From Basidiobolus meristosporus CBS 931.73 (Eukaryota > Fungi > Basidiobolomycota): 64,000 nucleotides of DNA. This document shows, piece after piece, positions 11,872-23,200 of this stretch; positions within the stretch are counted from its first letter, which is position 1, and each line of letters starts with the position of its first letter. The stretch lies in the NCBI GenBank assembly GCA_002104905.1, contig MCFE01000034.1:1-64000 (forward strand), read 5' to 3'. The notes beneath the pieces were generated by a model. It searched no databases. It was not told the origin of the DNA and worked only from the letters and a program-made list of their open reading frames with translations. Made by a program: the position numbers and the translations under genes.

Positions 11872-13206
11872 ATGACTGTCGATAACAAGGTTACCGTTGT
11901 ATTAGGTGCCCAATGGGGTGATGAAGGCAAAGGAAAACTGGTTGACCTTCTTGCCGCTGATATCGATCTCTGTGCCCGTTGCCAGGTATAGTACACTCGT
12001 TTCGTTCTGTATGAGATCAGCACTGACTCTCCGCACTAGGGTGGTAACAACGCTGGCCATACTATCGTCGCCAATGGAGTCAAGTATGATTTCCATATGC
12101 TTCCCTCTGGCTTGGTGAACCCCAACTGCTACAACCTTCTTGGAAACGGTGTTGTCATTCACTTGCCAGCTTTCTTCCAGGAGTTGGAGACCCTCATCAA
12201 CAAGGGGCTCGACTGCGAGAAGCGCATCTTCGTCTCCGACCGTGCCCACCTTGTCTTGGACCTTCATCAAATCGTTGATGGTTTGAAGGAGCTCGAGCTT
12301 GGACGTGGCAGCATCGGTACCACCAAGAAGGGCATCGGACCAGCTTACTCTTCCAAGGCTAACCGTGACGGTATCCGTGTTCACCACCTCTTCAACGAGG
12401 AGGAGTTCAACAACAAATTCCGTGCTTTGGTGGAGAAGAAGCATAAGCGTTACGGAGACTTTGAGTATGATGTTGACGCTGAATTGGCTAGATACAGACA
12501 ATTGGCCGAGAAGATCAAGCCTTTCGTTGTTGATGGTGTTTCTTTCATCCACAAGGCCCTCAATGAGAACAAGAACATCTTGATCGAAGGTGCCAACGCT
12601 ATCATGCTTGACATCGACTTCGGTACCTACCCATATGTCACCTCATCCAACACTGGCGTTGCTGGTGTTTGCACTGGTCTTGGTATTCCACCCAGAAGCG
12701 TCGGTAAGGTTATTGGTGTTGTCAAGGCTTATACCACTCGTGTTGGTGGTGGCCCATTCCCTACTGAGCTTCATGATGAAGATGGTGAGCGCCTTCAAAC
12801 CATTGGTGCCGAAGTTGGTGTCACCACTGGTAGAAAGAGACGTTGCGGTTGGTTGGATCTTGTCGTCCTCAAGTACTCTCACATGATCAACGGATACTCC
12901 AGTATCAACATCACTAAGCTCGATGTTCTTGATACCTTCCCCGAGATCAAGGTTGCCACTGCATACAAGCTCAACGGACAAGTGTTGGAGTCCTTCCCCG
13001 CTGACCTTGGAACCCTTGGACAAGTCGAGGTGCAATACGACGTTCTCCCTGGCTGGCAAAGCGATATCTCGAATTGCCGTAAATTCGAGGAGCTCCCAGT
13101 CAACGCTCAGAAGTATGTTAAATACATTGAGAACTTCCTTGGTACCAAGGTTGAATGGATTGGTGTGGGTGCTAGCCGTGATGCTATGATTCACATTCCT
13201 TTGTAA
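11872..13206 (+). CDS. ADE12: Adenylosuccinate synthetase, 2 exons (11872-11985, 12040-13206), 426 aa
   Basis: [14 protein letters not shown], then RCQ|GGNNAGHT joined across a 54-nt GTATAG...CTAG intron; [51 protein letters not shown] and TKLDVLD. Strong C/T-ending codon bias typical of a highly expressed gene. Confidence 0.98.
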
Positions 13207-14429
13207 ATCTTTACACTCAATAGACAGAACTTGGTCATTTTCTACCCTACTCTTACCCCCTCAAAAGCTTGTTTATTTTGAAGCGAAGCCGTGGTGAACG
13301 ACTTCATCTTTGTTTATAAACTTGAAATCCGGTGTTACGTCTCGCACGAAATTCTAAATAAAGGATAATATGTACCATACCGGTGATGGCCAATACCTGA
13401 TCTGTTTCCCCCACCCACTATCCCTGCGGATGTGACCATCCAGGAATGGAACCCTCCAGGTTACCATGTGCCCCTGTCAACCATTTCTTAATCCGGCCTT
13501 GGGCGAGTACGATGCACGACGTACGCCAGTTGACTCATGCTGGCCGCTCTACACCATATATGACTATATCTAGCGTATGGTCATAACGAGCGCTGGTGGC
13601 CATTTTCGAGGCCAAATTCGTTTAACCCTTGTGTGGAAATTGAGTCATGGCGAAAATCCACGCCGGTGCACAATTGTACTTACGCCCTATTCCCATTGGG
13701 GGAGTCTGATCGGGTGATAGGCTTTTGCGATTTGCAGGGAGGCTTCTCCAATTTTCCGAGGTCCACCCAACCCGCTTCTGTGGACACGTTGCTCAAGCAC
13801 GATGATACGATGGTGGTGGTGGAGGGGAAGGGGAAATCTCATATTCCGAAGCAAACTCAGTGATGCTTCCACGCGCTCCCAGTTCCCAGGCTACCGCTAT
13901 AGCCTACGGCGTATTTGCATTTATCCGAATGGATCTTTCGAAGCTAAATCTATCTCATAAGAATCTTGATCAAGGCTATTCCATTATTACCATCGAATCA
14001 GGATTGTTTCTACCCTTCTTTAGTGCTATGCTAGATGGGATAAAGCTTCAGCAGTTCTGGTACTCCAGCCAGAGTAGTGGTCTGCATCTAGGGGAGAGCT
14101 ACGGAAATCGACACCTCCGATCCTCGGTTTGCAAGAAGGGTGAGTGAATGATCCCCTCTTTTAATTCATCGATTCTCGCTCTGGAACATCCGCAAAGTGT
14201 GATGTGTATGCTGTTGTATATCAATGCAAATGTTGATTGAAGCCTGTTCGAAGTGTTCTGGGCACCAGTACTGTAGTGTTCGTAGTGTATTACATTGTCA
14301 GGAATATTGGGATATTTTTGAATAGTATATACATTGCTCCCATTTAGCAACCACTGCCGGTCACTACTTTGATTAAATAATCCATTCAGAAGCCCTTAGA
14401 ACCTCAGTAATACCTCTAACCATTGACTC

Positions 14430-14524
14430 TGTATTGGGAAAACTTTGGAGATATTTGTCTGATTGGGAGAATTAGTAGCTGATCTGGTTTTCACCAAATG
14501 GTTTATTCAGTTTGTAAGTGGCAT
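14430..14524 (-). mobile_element. Old diverged LTR fragment of the copia family
   Basis: TTGGAGATATT...GATTGGGAGAA...TGGTTTTCAC aligns to the reverse complement of the 3' end of the 18583-18914 LTR. Confidence 0.6.
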
Positions 14525-14538
14525 TGTTACCTTACAAG

Positions 14539-14667
14539 TGTTGTAAAAATTTGGAATTCCACCTAAATATTCACCTAACTTGGTCACCTAGATCATTACC
14601 TACAAAATCTTGGTGAATACTGACCAAATTCCTTGTTGGGATTTACTTGGAATATTTTCACCCAGAA
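14539..14667 (+). repeat. Truncated 5' LTR (first ~130 bp)
   Basis: Starts TGTTGTAAAAATTTG and matches the 18583 LTR up to ...CCCAGAA, then jumps directly into mid-gag. The rest of the LTR and the PBS are absent. Confidence 0.85.
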
Positions 14668-15560
14668 GAAAGTACAAAGTGCCTTTAACTGCATTTGCCT
14701 TAGTGTTAAGGACAAATTGCTAATTCAATGCTCAAGAGCAAAAATGGCAAAGAATGCCTGGAAGGCATTAGAAGACACCTACCAGTCATGTTCAGCTGCT
14801 AAGAAAATGTATCTGAGACAAAAACTCTTTACTACAAAGATGCTGCCAGGAGAAGAAATGAAAAATCTAATTAACAGAATTACCCTGCTGGTAGATGAAA
14901 AGGAATCTGTGGGCATACCAACTACTGATGAGGATGTGATAGTTACCATCCTGAATAACCTGACAGACAAGTTTCAGGGCCTTGTATCTGTTGTAAGAGT
15001 CTTGGAGATATTGGAAGTGATTGGGAGAACAAGTGGATTATGTGGTTTTCACTTAATGATTTTTTGAGTGTAAAAGTAGTATTTATTCTTTTACCTAGTC
15101 TTGGCATTACAAACACATAGAATAGGTTAAGGAAGGTCCCAAGAACATGTGTGCAAAGTTTGAGGCTGTTTGGACAACTTTGAGAATTTTCATGCTCTGG
15201 GTAAATATTCTAAGTAAATCCTAACAAGGAATTTGGTCAGTATTCTCTAGGATTTGAGGGTAATGATCTAAGTGACTAAGATAGGCTACTATCTGGGTGG
15301 AATTACAAATTTTTTACAACAGTATCAGCCCTAGAGTCCAGAACTGAAGATTTGTCCTAAAATTATGTATATGGAAGGCTCTTGGATGAAGAATTAAGAA
15401 AATCAAATGCCAATAAGAAGGAAGAAGAAAATGTTTTAATAAGCAATTATAACCAACAAAGGAGTTACCCAAGACCCTACAAAGGCAACAGCAACCTGTT
15501 CTGTAACTACTGCAATAGGAAAGGACACACATCAGACTAGTGCTTCAAAAAGATAGTCAG
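14668..15560 (+). pseudogene. copia gag (UBN2/Retrotran_gag_2-type) with CCHC zinc knuckle, interrupted by a solo LTR
   Basis: AKNAWKALEDTY...YLRQKLFTTKMLPGEEM...DEDVIVTILNNL; after removing the insert it continues LVSALESRTEDLS*NYVYGRLLDEE; the knuckle reads CNYCNRKGHTSD*C. Confidence 0.85.
14989..15321 (-). mobile_element. Solo LTR (333 bp) of the same copia family, antisense, inserted in gag
   Basis: TGTTG...CAACA ends, reverse-complement match to 18583-18914, and a perfect 5-bp TSD GTATC (14984-14988 and 15322-15326). Confidence 0.95.
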
Positions 15561-15639
15561 CAAAAGAAGCCCAAATATGGAAATGCTGCAACAACTGAAG
15601 ATAGACTATTCATATCTGCACTAAATATGACCACAAACA

Positions 15640-18571
15640 AGGATTCTCAGATGGGGTATATTGACTGTGGAGCATCTCAACACTTTACACACCAAACAGA
15701 ACTTTTTACCCAAAATCAAGAAATTCCAAGAAGGTTTTCATGGGTGACAATATAACACTTGATGCAATGGGAGAAGGAACTATCCAAGTAAACCTAAGAA
15801 GCAGTGAAGGAAGCCATACACTGACCTCTAAAGAAGTACTCTTTGTACCAGAAATAGCCAAGAACCTACTATCTGTAAGTAAGGCCACAGCAGAAGGACT
15901 CAGTTTCAGCTTTGACAATTCTGGATGCAAGATCACTGATCAATAATGGTGCCCATATTGCTTTGGGTATCAGAGATCAGAATCTATACAAGTTGACTTA
16001 TATCCCATCATATCTGGAAGCCAATATAAGTAACTTAAATGAAGAAACACTAATCCTTTGGCTCAGGAGATTTGGGCACATCAATTTCAATTATTTGCGC
16101 AAAATGATCAAAGATCAGCTAATTTCTGAAGTAAAAGTTGATCCCCCAGCTAATCTGGAGCACTGTGAAGCCGGCATATATGGGAAACAAGCCAGACAAC
16201 CGTTTAAGAGCTCTGGGTTAATCAAAACTAAGAAAAAATTAGAACTAATTCACTCAGATCTGTGTGGACCTATGCAAAATTTATCCTTAGGCAGGATGAA
16301 GTATTTAATCACTTTTATTGATGATTATACAAGATACACATGGGTCTACTTCATAGAGAGAAAGGAAGAGGCTCTGTCTAAGCTCAGGGAGTTTAAAGTC
16401 ATGGTGGAGAGAGAAACTGGTGAAAAAATCAAGAAAATACGCACTGACAATGGTGGAGAATATACCTCAAAACTCTTCATCCACTTCAGCAAAATTCATG
16501 GGATAAAGCAAGAGACTACTGTACCATACTCCCCACAGCAAATTGGAGTAGCATAACATGCTAACAGATCAATATTGATATGGCAAGATCTATGATCCAT
16601 GATCAAAAATTATCCCATGATTTTTGGGCAGAATCAGTTGTTACCGCTGTATACCTTAAAAATAGGAGTTATAACAGAATACTTGGTGATTCTACTCCAT
16701 TTGAAGCATGGTATAGATACAGATCAAGTGCAGAACATCTAAGAATATTTGGGTGTACAGCATATGCCAAGAAACTGCCTGGAAATCAGTCAAAATTTGA
16801 GCCAAAAAGTGAAAATGCATATTTTTGGGCTACTGCAATGAGAGTAAAGCATACAGACTCTACAATACCAAAGCAAAGAAGCTAATCAAGTCCAGGGATG
16901 TGTTGTTTGATGAAAATTCAAAATTTTCACAAAAAATGACATCAGATGATGACAAAAATTTGATCTCAAGTCCACCAATTGTCAGGATTGAATCAGAGCA
17001 AAGCAATGAAAATTTTTTCACTCCAGAGGACTCTACAACCATGGTTCAGCCAGAATCAGTGCCCAGGAATATCCCAGAAGTGATCATTCCAGTGTCAAAT
17101 GCCTGGAGATCCAATTGGACAAGAAATAGCCCAAATTACCATATCAATGAGGGTACAAACTTAGCCTATGCCTATTCCGTGCATATTGATGAACCTCAGA
17201 CTGTAAAAGAGTCCCTGAATAGCCCTCAGACAAAGTTTTGGAGATTTGCAATGACTGAGGAATATCAGGCCCTGATGGAAAATCAAACTTGGGACTTTGT
17301 CAAATTACCAATCAACCAAAAATCAATTGGATGCAGATGGGTCTTCAAGACAAAATACAAGGTTGATGGTACAATTGAAAGATACAAAGCCAGACTTGTG
17401 GCCAAAGGATACTCTAAACAAAAGGGCTTGCCTATACTGAGACCTTTGCACCAGTAGCCAAGTTTAATTCCATCAGATTAATATTGGCTAGATAGATTCT
17501 TATTTGGAATCTTTGAGTTTCAAAAGGAGTAATGCTGACTATAGTATATACTATAAGCCTGATAGAGCAAGTCCAGTTCTATTAGCTCTATCTGTGGATG
17601 ATCTTATTATAGCCACCAATAACCTAGAAACATTGGAAGAGACAAAATCCAGCCTATCTAAGGAGTTCAAGATGTCTGATCTAGGAGAACTCAGTTACTA
17701 CTTAGGGATTAAGCTCTCCATAGACAGAAGTACCCAGACTATTACCCTAAGCCAATCCAAGTATATTCAAGATATACTAAATAAGTACAAAATGGAAGAC
17801 TGTAAACTGGCAGCTACCCCAATGGCAACAAACCTTAACTTGGTCAAAACTCAACCAAATCAAAAGAGCTTGGTGCCATCTGAAAGCCCTGACTTTCCTT
17901 ATCAATCTATGGTTGGCAGTCTGATGTATATCATGCTTGGAACACTTCCAGATATCTCATATTCAGTGGGAGTTGTCAGCCAACATAATCAGAACTATGG
18001 ATCTGATCATATTGCAGCAGCTAAGCAGATTTTTAGATATCTAAAAGGAACTGCTGATATCTGCTTAAGATACACTTATAAAGATTCAGAACAGGATCTT
18101 GTGGGATACTCTGATGCTGATTGGGGACAAGATTTAGAAGACAGAAGATCCACCACAGGATACACCTTTCTTTACTGTCAAGGAGCAATTTCATGGAATT
18201 CAAGAAAGTAACCAACTGTAGCACTTTCTACCACAGAGGCAGAGTATATGGCAGCCTGTGAAGCTACAAAAGAAGCAATGTGGTTAAGAAAGCTGTTTAC
18301 AGGTTTAGGCCTATGTCAAAAAATGCCTATTACTTTATTTCAAGATAATCAAGGATGTATACAATTAGGTAGATATCCAACTTTTCATGCTAGAACCAAG
18401 CACATAGATATTAGACATCATTTCATATGTGAAGCTATAGAGAATAACTTGGTTAGCTTAGTTTACTGTCCTACAGATGAAATGATTGCAGACATATTTA
18501 CCAAACCATTAGATAGAGACAAGTTTGAATATCAGAGGTCAAAATTAGGACTAGTCAGTACAAACATTTAG
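15640..18571 (+). pseudogene. copia pol (protease, GAG-pre-integrase, integrase, RT, RNase H), fragmented
   Basis: YIDCGASQH (protease), LWLRRFGH, IHSDLCGPM, FIDDYTRYTW, RTDNGGEY, YKARLVAKGY, LSVDDL (YVDD degenerated), YSDADWG, QDNQG and IADIFTKPL, spread over ORFs 15740-15946, 15912-16556, 16580-16885, 16825-17457, 17504-18211 and 18248-18571. Confidence 0.93.
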
Positions 18572-18582
18572 CTGAGTGGGAG
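18570..18582 (+). other. Polypurine tract of the copia element
   Basis: AGCTGAGTGGGAG immediately before the TGTTG of the 3' LTR. Confidence 0.75.
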
Positions 18583-18914
18583 TGTTGTAAAAATTTGTAT
18601 TTCCACCTAAATATTCACCTAAGTTAGTCACTTAGATCATCACCTTCAAATCCTAGAGAATACTGACCAAGTTCCTTGTTGGGATTTACTTAGAATATTT
18701 ACCCAGAACATGAAAATTTGATAAGTTGCCCAAACAGCCCCAAACTTTGCACACATGTTCTTGGGACCTTCCTTAACCTACTCTACGTGTTTGTAATGCC
18801 AAGGCCATGTAAAAGTATAAATACTACTTTTACATTCAATAAATCATTAAGTGAAAACCACATAATCTACTTGTCCTCCCAATCACTTCCAATATCTCCA
18901 AGACTCTTACAACA
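18583..18914 (+). repeat. 3' LTR (332 bp)
   Basis: TGTTG...CAACA termini, follows the PPT, and matches the other LTR copies in the window. Confidence 0.95.
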
Positions 18915-19250
18915 GTATTTAAACCCAAATATCCCTTTAGCTTAGTTGCTAATATCACAGCTTATGGGCTCTACTATTTCTTGCCTATATTCATGCTGGA
19001 TTTACCTAGAATGTTTTTACCAAAATGCGTAGTATCCTATGCATGAAGATTCTGATGATTGTACAAAAGCCCTAATCTTTTCACACATGCTTTGGACACC
19101 CATCCAAGCATACTTGATGCGCTTATTTTGCCAAGCTCCTATAGAAGTGTAAATGCTCATTTTAAATTAAATAAATTATCAAGTAAAAACCAAATGATCT
19201 ACTTATTCTTCCAATCACTTCCAAATTTCTCCATGACTCATGCCTCAGGA
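18915..19250 (+). mobile_element. Older, strongly diverged LTR of a related family abutting the 3' LTR
   Basis: Collinear similarity along most of the LTR (GTATTT..ACC.AAATAT, GGATTTAC, CACACATG, AAAACCA.AT.ATCTACTT, CCAATCACTTCCAA), lacking only the first ~14 bp. Confidence 0.7.
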
Positions 19251-19894
19251 TCTATCTAGCTTCTCAGTAGGTACGAGGATTCAAATGAAAGCATTAGTAG
19301 TCATTATACACGAAGATTGCTCGAGTCTCATTAAATATACTTAGGTTAGGAATGTCATAGAAGCATTAGGGGTACAAATTGACTTGTACTCGCATACTAT
19401 TCAGTGCAAGAGATGTGCTATACATTGAAAAGACTTTTGCGAAAAAAAATGCAAGTATGTTAAAGAAGGTTCCAAGATTATGTTTGCAAGGTATGCGATT
19501 TTCTAAATGCCTCCCATGGTTGTCATTTTCTAAGTATTTAACGTTTTGGCGAAAATACGTCGTGGCCGAGAATTTGGTTGGGAAACAAGGAAGTTAACTA
19601 TGATTGAAGTAATTAACTTAATGTATGGATCTTCACCGAACGGGGCAAAAGATTTGTTGAAAGTTAGCACAAAAGGTTAGTATTCTAAGATATTTGGAGT
19701 ACTGAAAACCCCCCCATTCTATCGTTTATTCCACAATTCTGAAAAACCAATAAATGCTATGAAGTACAAACGTATTGATAGTCCGAATTAGTGCTTGAGA
19801 TACCAACCGGGTTCAAAAGTGTAAAAACAAATCATGGCAATGAAGGTCCATAGGATTATTGGTTCTAATGTTGGTAACTTCGCCTTTACCGCAG

Positions 19895-20243
19895 CCCTTA
19901 CAAGCCATGTTCTTGTACAATCCAAAAAGGGGAGGAGACCTGGTCGCGACACACGTGGTCTCACCGAAATGATAGCGGTATGGCATTGGAGGAATGAATT
20001 TTTGACTTGATTAGCACTATTTCGGCTAATGCTGATAAATCAGGACTTTAATGGGATTAGGAGGCAATCATCTAGAAGTCTTCTCTGTCATGATGGAATC
20101 GACCACCTTCCAAATAAAGGTTAGGAGGTGTAGTTCACTCGGTATGATAAGCATTATGTTTATTACTTTAATTGGCAGTTTATTGATTGTCCATAGCCAA
20201 GCATATAATAGTCAAATATGGAAGCTATCTATAAAAATAGTAA
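19895..20243 (-). promoter_or_regulatory. Non-coding block downstream of gene A, homologous to the block downstream of gene B (47070-47502)
   Basis: Shared ACAAG(C/T)CATGTTCTTG, GGAGGAGACC, TCGCGA, CACGTG (19952-19957), GATTAGCA.TATTTC, AAATCAGGA, GGAGGCAA.CA.CTAGAA and ATCCAATCACAAATAA. Confidence 0.6.
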
Positions 20244-23200
20244 TCATATCCAATCACAAATAATGGATTGACCAAGGGATTTACACACCGTTCCGCTGGC
20301 GCAATGGTTCTGGATCAGACGTCCATTACTACAAACGAAGAAGATTCGCGAGGTACCTGAATCAAAGCAAGTGTATCGCCCGTTGACGCAATCCCCACCG
20401 AAGGTGGGTTTCGCCAGTTTTTCGTCCCGTGTGACAGTGACTGTATGAATATTGTGCAGTGTGACTGTTTGGATGTTGGTTACCGAGACAACGACAGTAG
20501 CAGTAGCGCATTGGGGTGCGTATGTCGCTTCAGTGGAAGACAGAGGAGATTGAGAGCCCGTCACAGTTGGCTCGACAACGATAGTACGATCGATGACCGT
20601 GCGTATATTACCATTTCCATCGGTCACAGTAGTTACGTGCGCAAGCGTCTCAGCAGATGAGGCCAGAGGGGATTGAACACCAGCAGATTTGGAGATCTCA
20701 GTTGACTTCTCGTTGTGAGACGACTCCGTTGACTTGTGCTCTGACTCAGAGTGGCTAGGCTTGACAGATGAATTGACTTGGCTTGCAGTGTGAGCGTATA
20801 TGGTGGATGATGCAATGTGTCTCTCTCTATGAGCCTTTTCCGTTGTCTTATCGTGATCAGCAGATTTCGAGCGCTCAGTTGGCTTCTCGGAATGAGACAA
20901 CTCATTAGAACTGTAGGTAGGTATCAAATGCTCTGTAGGTTGTTCGGAGTGAGACGACTGCTTGGGTCTATGTTCTGACTCCGAGTGGGCAGGTTTCACC
21001 AAAGATCTAGTATGGCTTGCAATATGATGGTGCTCAGTGGACTTCTCAGATTGCGAGTGTTCCTTGTGTCTGCGCACTGACTCCGAGTGGGTAGGCTTCA
21101 CAGACGACTCAATATGGCTCTCACTGTGTACATGCTCAGTGGGCTTCTCTGAGTGTGCCGATTCATCGGAATTGATGTGAACTGACTTCGAAGTTGACTT
21201 GCCATGAGCTGCAGATTTGGAGTGCTTCCCGGGCTTATCAGAATGAGATGTTTCCTTGGGTCTGTGTTCCGAATCCGAGTAAGTATGTTTTGTTGTGGAG
21301 TCTACATGGGTTTGCGAGTGTGCATGTTCTGTAGGATTCTCAGAATGGGATGGTACTTCGGAACCAGTGTGGGCTGACTTCGAAATTGTCATTGCATGTT
21401 CGGCAGATTTCGAATGCCCTATGGACTTCTCAGAGTGGGACGACTGCCTGGGTCTGCGTTCTGACTCTGAGTGAGTAGGCTTCACAGATGGAGCAATGCG
21501 GCTTTCACTGTGAGCCTTTGCTGTTGTCATATCGTGGCCAGCAGATTTGGAGTGCTCAGTTGGCTTCGCAGAAGGAGACGATTCATTAGAACTGCGGGTA
21601 GATTTCAAATGCTCAGTAGACTGTTCGGGGTGAGACGAATCCTTTGGACTGTGCTCTGACTCTGACTGTGTAGGCTTCACAGATGAGTTAACATGACTCT
21701 CACTGTGGGTGTGTTCGGTGGGCTTTTCGGAATGCAATGATTTTTCGGAGTCGGTGTGGGTTGGCTTCGAAGTAGTCTTTTCGTGTTCCACAGATTTTGA
21801 GTGCTCAGTTGACTTCTCAAGGTGTGAAGACCTCTTAGGTCTCTGTTCTGACTCTGAGTGAGTAGGCTTCACCAAGGATTCGGTATGGGCAGAATTCAAT
21901 GAGTACCCAGTTTCGGTGTGTACTGCCTTCGAAATTGACTTGTTATTAGAAGAATTGGAGTGCTCACCGGGCTTCACGCGGTGAGACGACTCCTTGGGTT
22001 TCCCAGAGGATTCAACATGTTGTTCACTGTGTATGCTCTCAGTAGGCTTGTCTGACTCGTTGTGGACTGGCCTTGAGTGAGATGACTCCTTAGATCTACC
22101 TTCTGACTTCGGGTGTGTAGGCTTCATGATGGATTCAGAGTGGCTCTCACTATGAGCGTGTTCTGTGGGCATCTCAGTTTGCGATGACTTTTTGGACTTG
22201 CTGTGAGCTATCTTGGAGTGCTCAGTAGACTTCTCGGAGTGAGATGACTCCTTAGGTCTATATCCCGACTCCGAGCGAGTAGGATTCACAAATGATTCTA
22301 CATGGCTCTCACTGTGGACATGTTCCGTGGGCTTTTTAAGATGTGATGAGCTATCCGATTCAGTATGCACTGGCTCTGAAATAGACTTGATCGCAGCCGA
22401 TTTGGAGTGCTTGACTGACTTCTTTGAGTGAGATGATTCCATATAACTGTGCACTGGCTCCGAGTGTGTAGGCTTCACAGATGGGTTAGAGCGATATTCA
22501 CTGTGAACGTGTTCCGTGGGCTTCTCAGAATGCGACGGCTTATCGGATTCTGAGTGCTCTGGCTCCGATGATGTCTTATCATGATCAACAGCTTTCGAAT
22601 GCTCGCTGGGCTTCACAGAGTGAGACGACTTCTTTGCTTTGCGTTCTGGCTCTGTGGGAGTAGGTTGCACTGACGATTCAATGTGACTCTTACTGTGAAT
22701 CTTTTGTGTTGTATTATTCTGATCGGCGGATTTCGAGCGTTCAGTTGACTTCTCAGAATGCACGCTTCTACTGTCAACATGTTCTGTGGGCTTCACGGGC
22801 TCTAAGGAATTTTCGGATTTTGCGGATTTCGCAGACTGCGAGGATTTCATGAACTCAGAGTGGGCCGACTTCGAAGCAAAGTTATGACTTTCAGAATTGG
22901 AGTGCTTGGTGGGCTTCTCAGCATGGGACGACTCCCAATGACTGTACGCTGACTTTGAGCGGGTAGACTTCACTGATGAGTTAACATGGCTCTCACTGTG
23001 GACACTTTCGGTAGGCGTCCCGTAATGCGATGATATTTTGGACACAGTGTGGTCTGGCTCCGAAGTAGTTATCTCGTGTTCAGCAGATTTGGAGTGTTCA
23101 GTTGACTTCTCCGTATGAGTCGACTTTTCAAATCTGTGAGTAGATATCAAATGCTCAGAAGATTGTTCAGAGTGAGACGACTGCCTGGGTCTGCGTTCTG

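Larger units (their letters stand above)
14539..18914 (+). mobile_element. Defective Ty1/copia LTR retrotransposon
   Basis: Truncated 5' LTR, gag, protease, integrase, RT and RNase H in copia order, then a PPT and a full 3' LTR. Many stops and frameshifts. Flanks (ACAAG / GTATT) do not form a TSD. Confidence 0.95.

Noticed and set aside
11902-13194. Antisense ORFs of 216 and 183 aa and other overlaps on ADE12
   Set aside because: Expected shadows of a gene with strong codon bias; no independent motifs.
18955-18972. PBS-like GCTTATGGGCTC
   Set aside because: It lies inside a diverged LTR that aligns through this position, not after an LTR end.
20244-20400. GPI anchor or membrane anchor on the giant proteins
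   Set aside because: Both end in a Cys module (IICDWI/M) with no hydrophobic tail.
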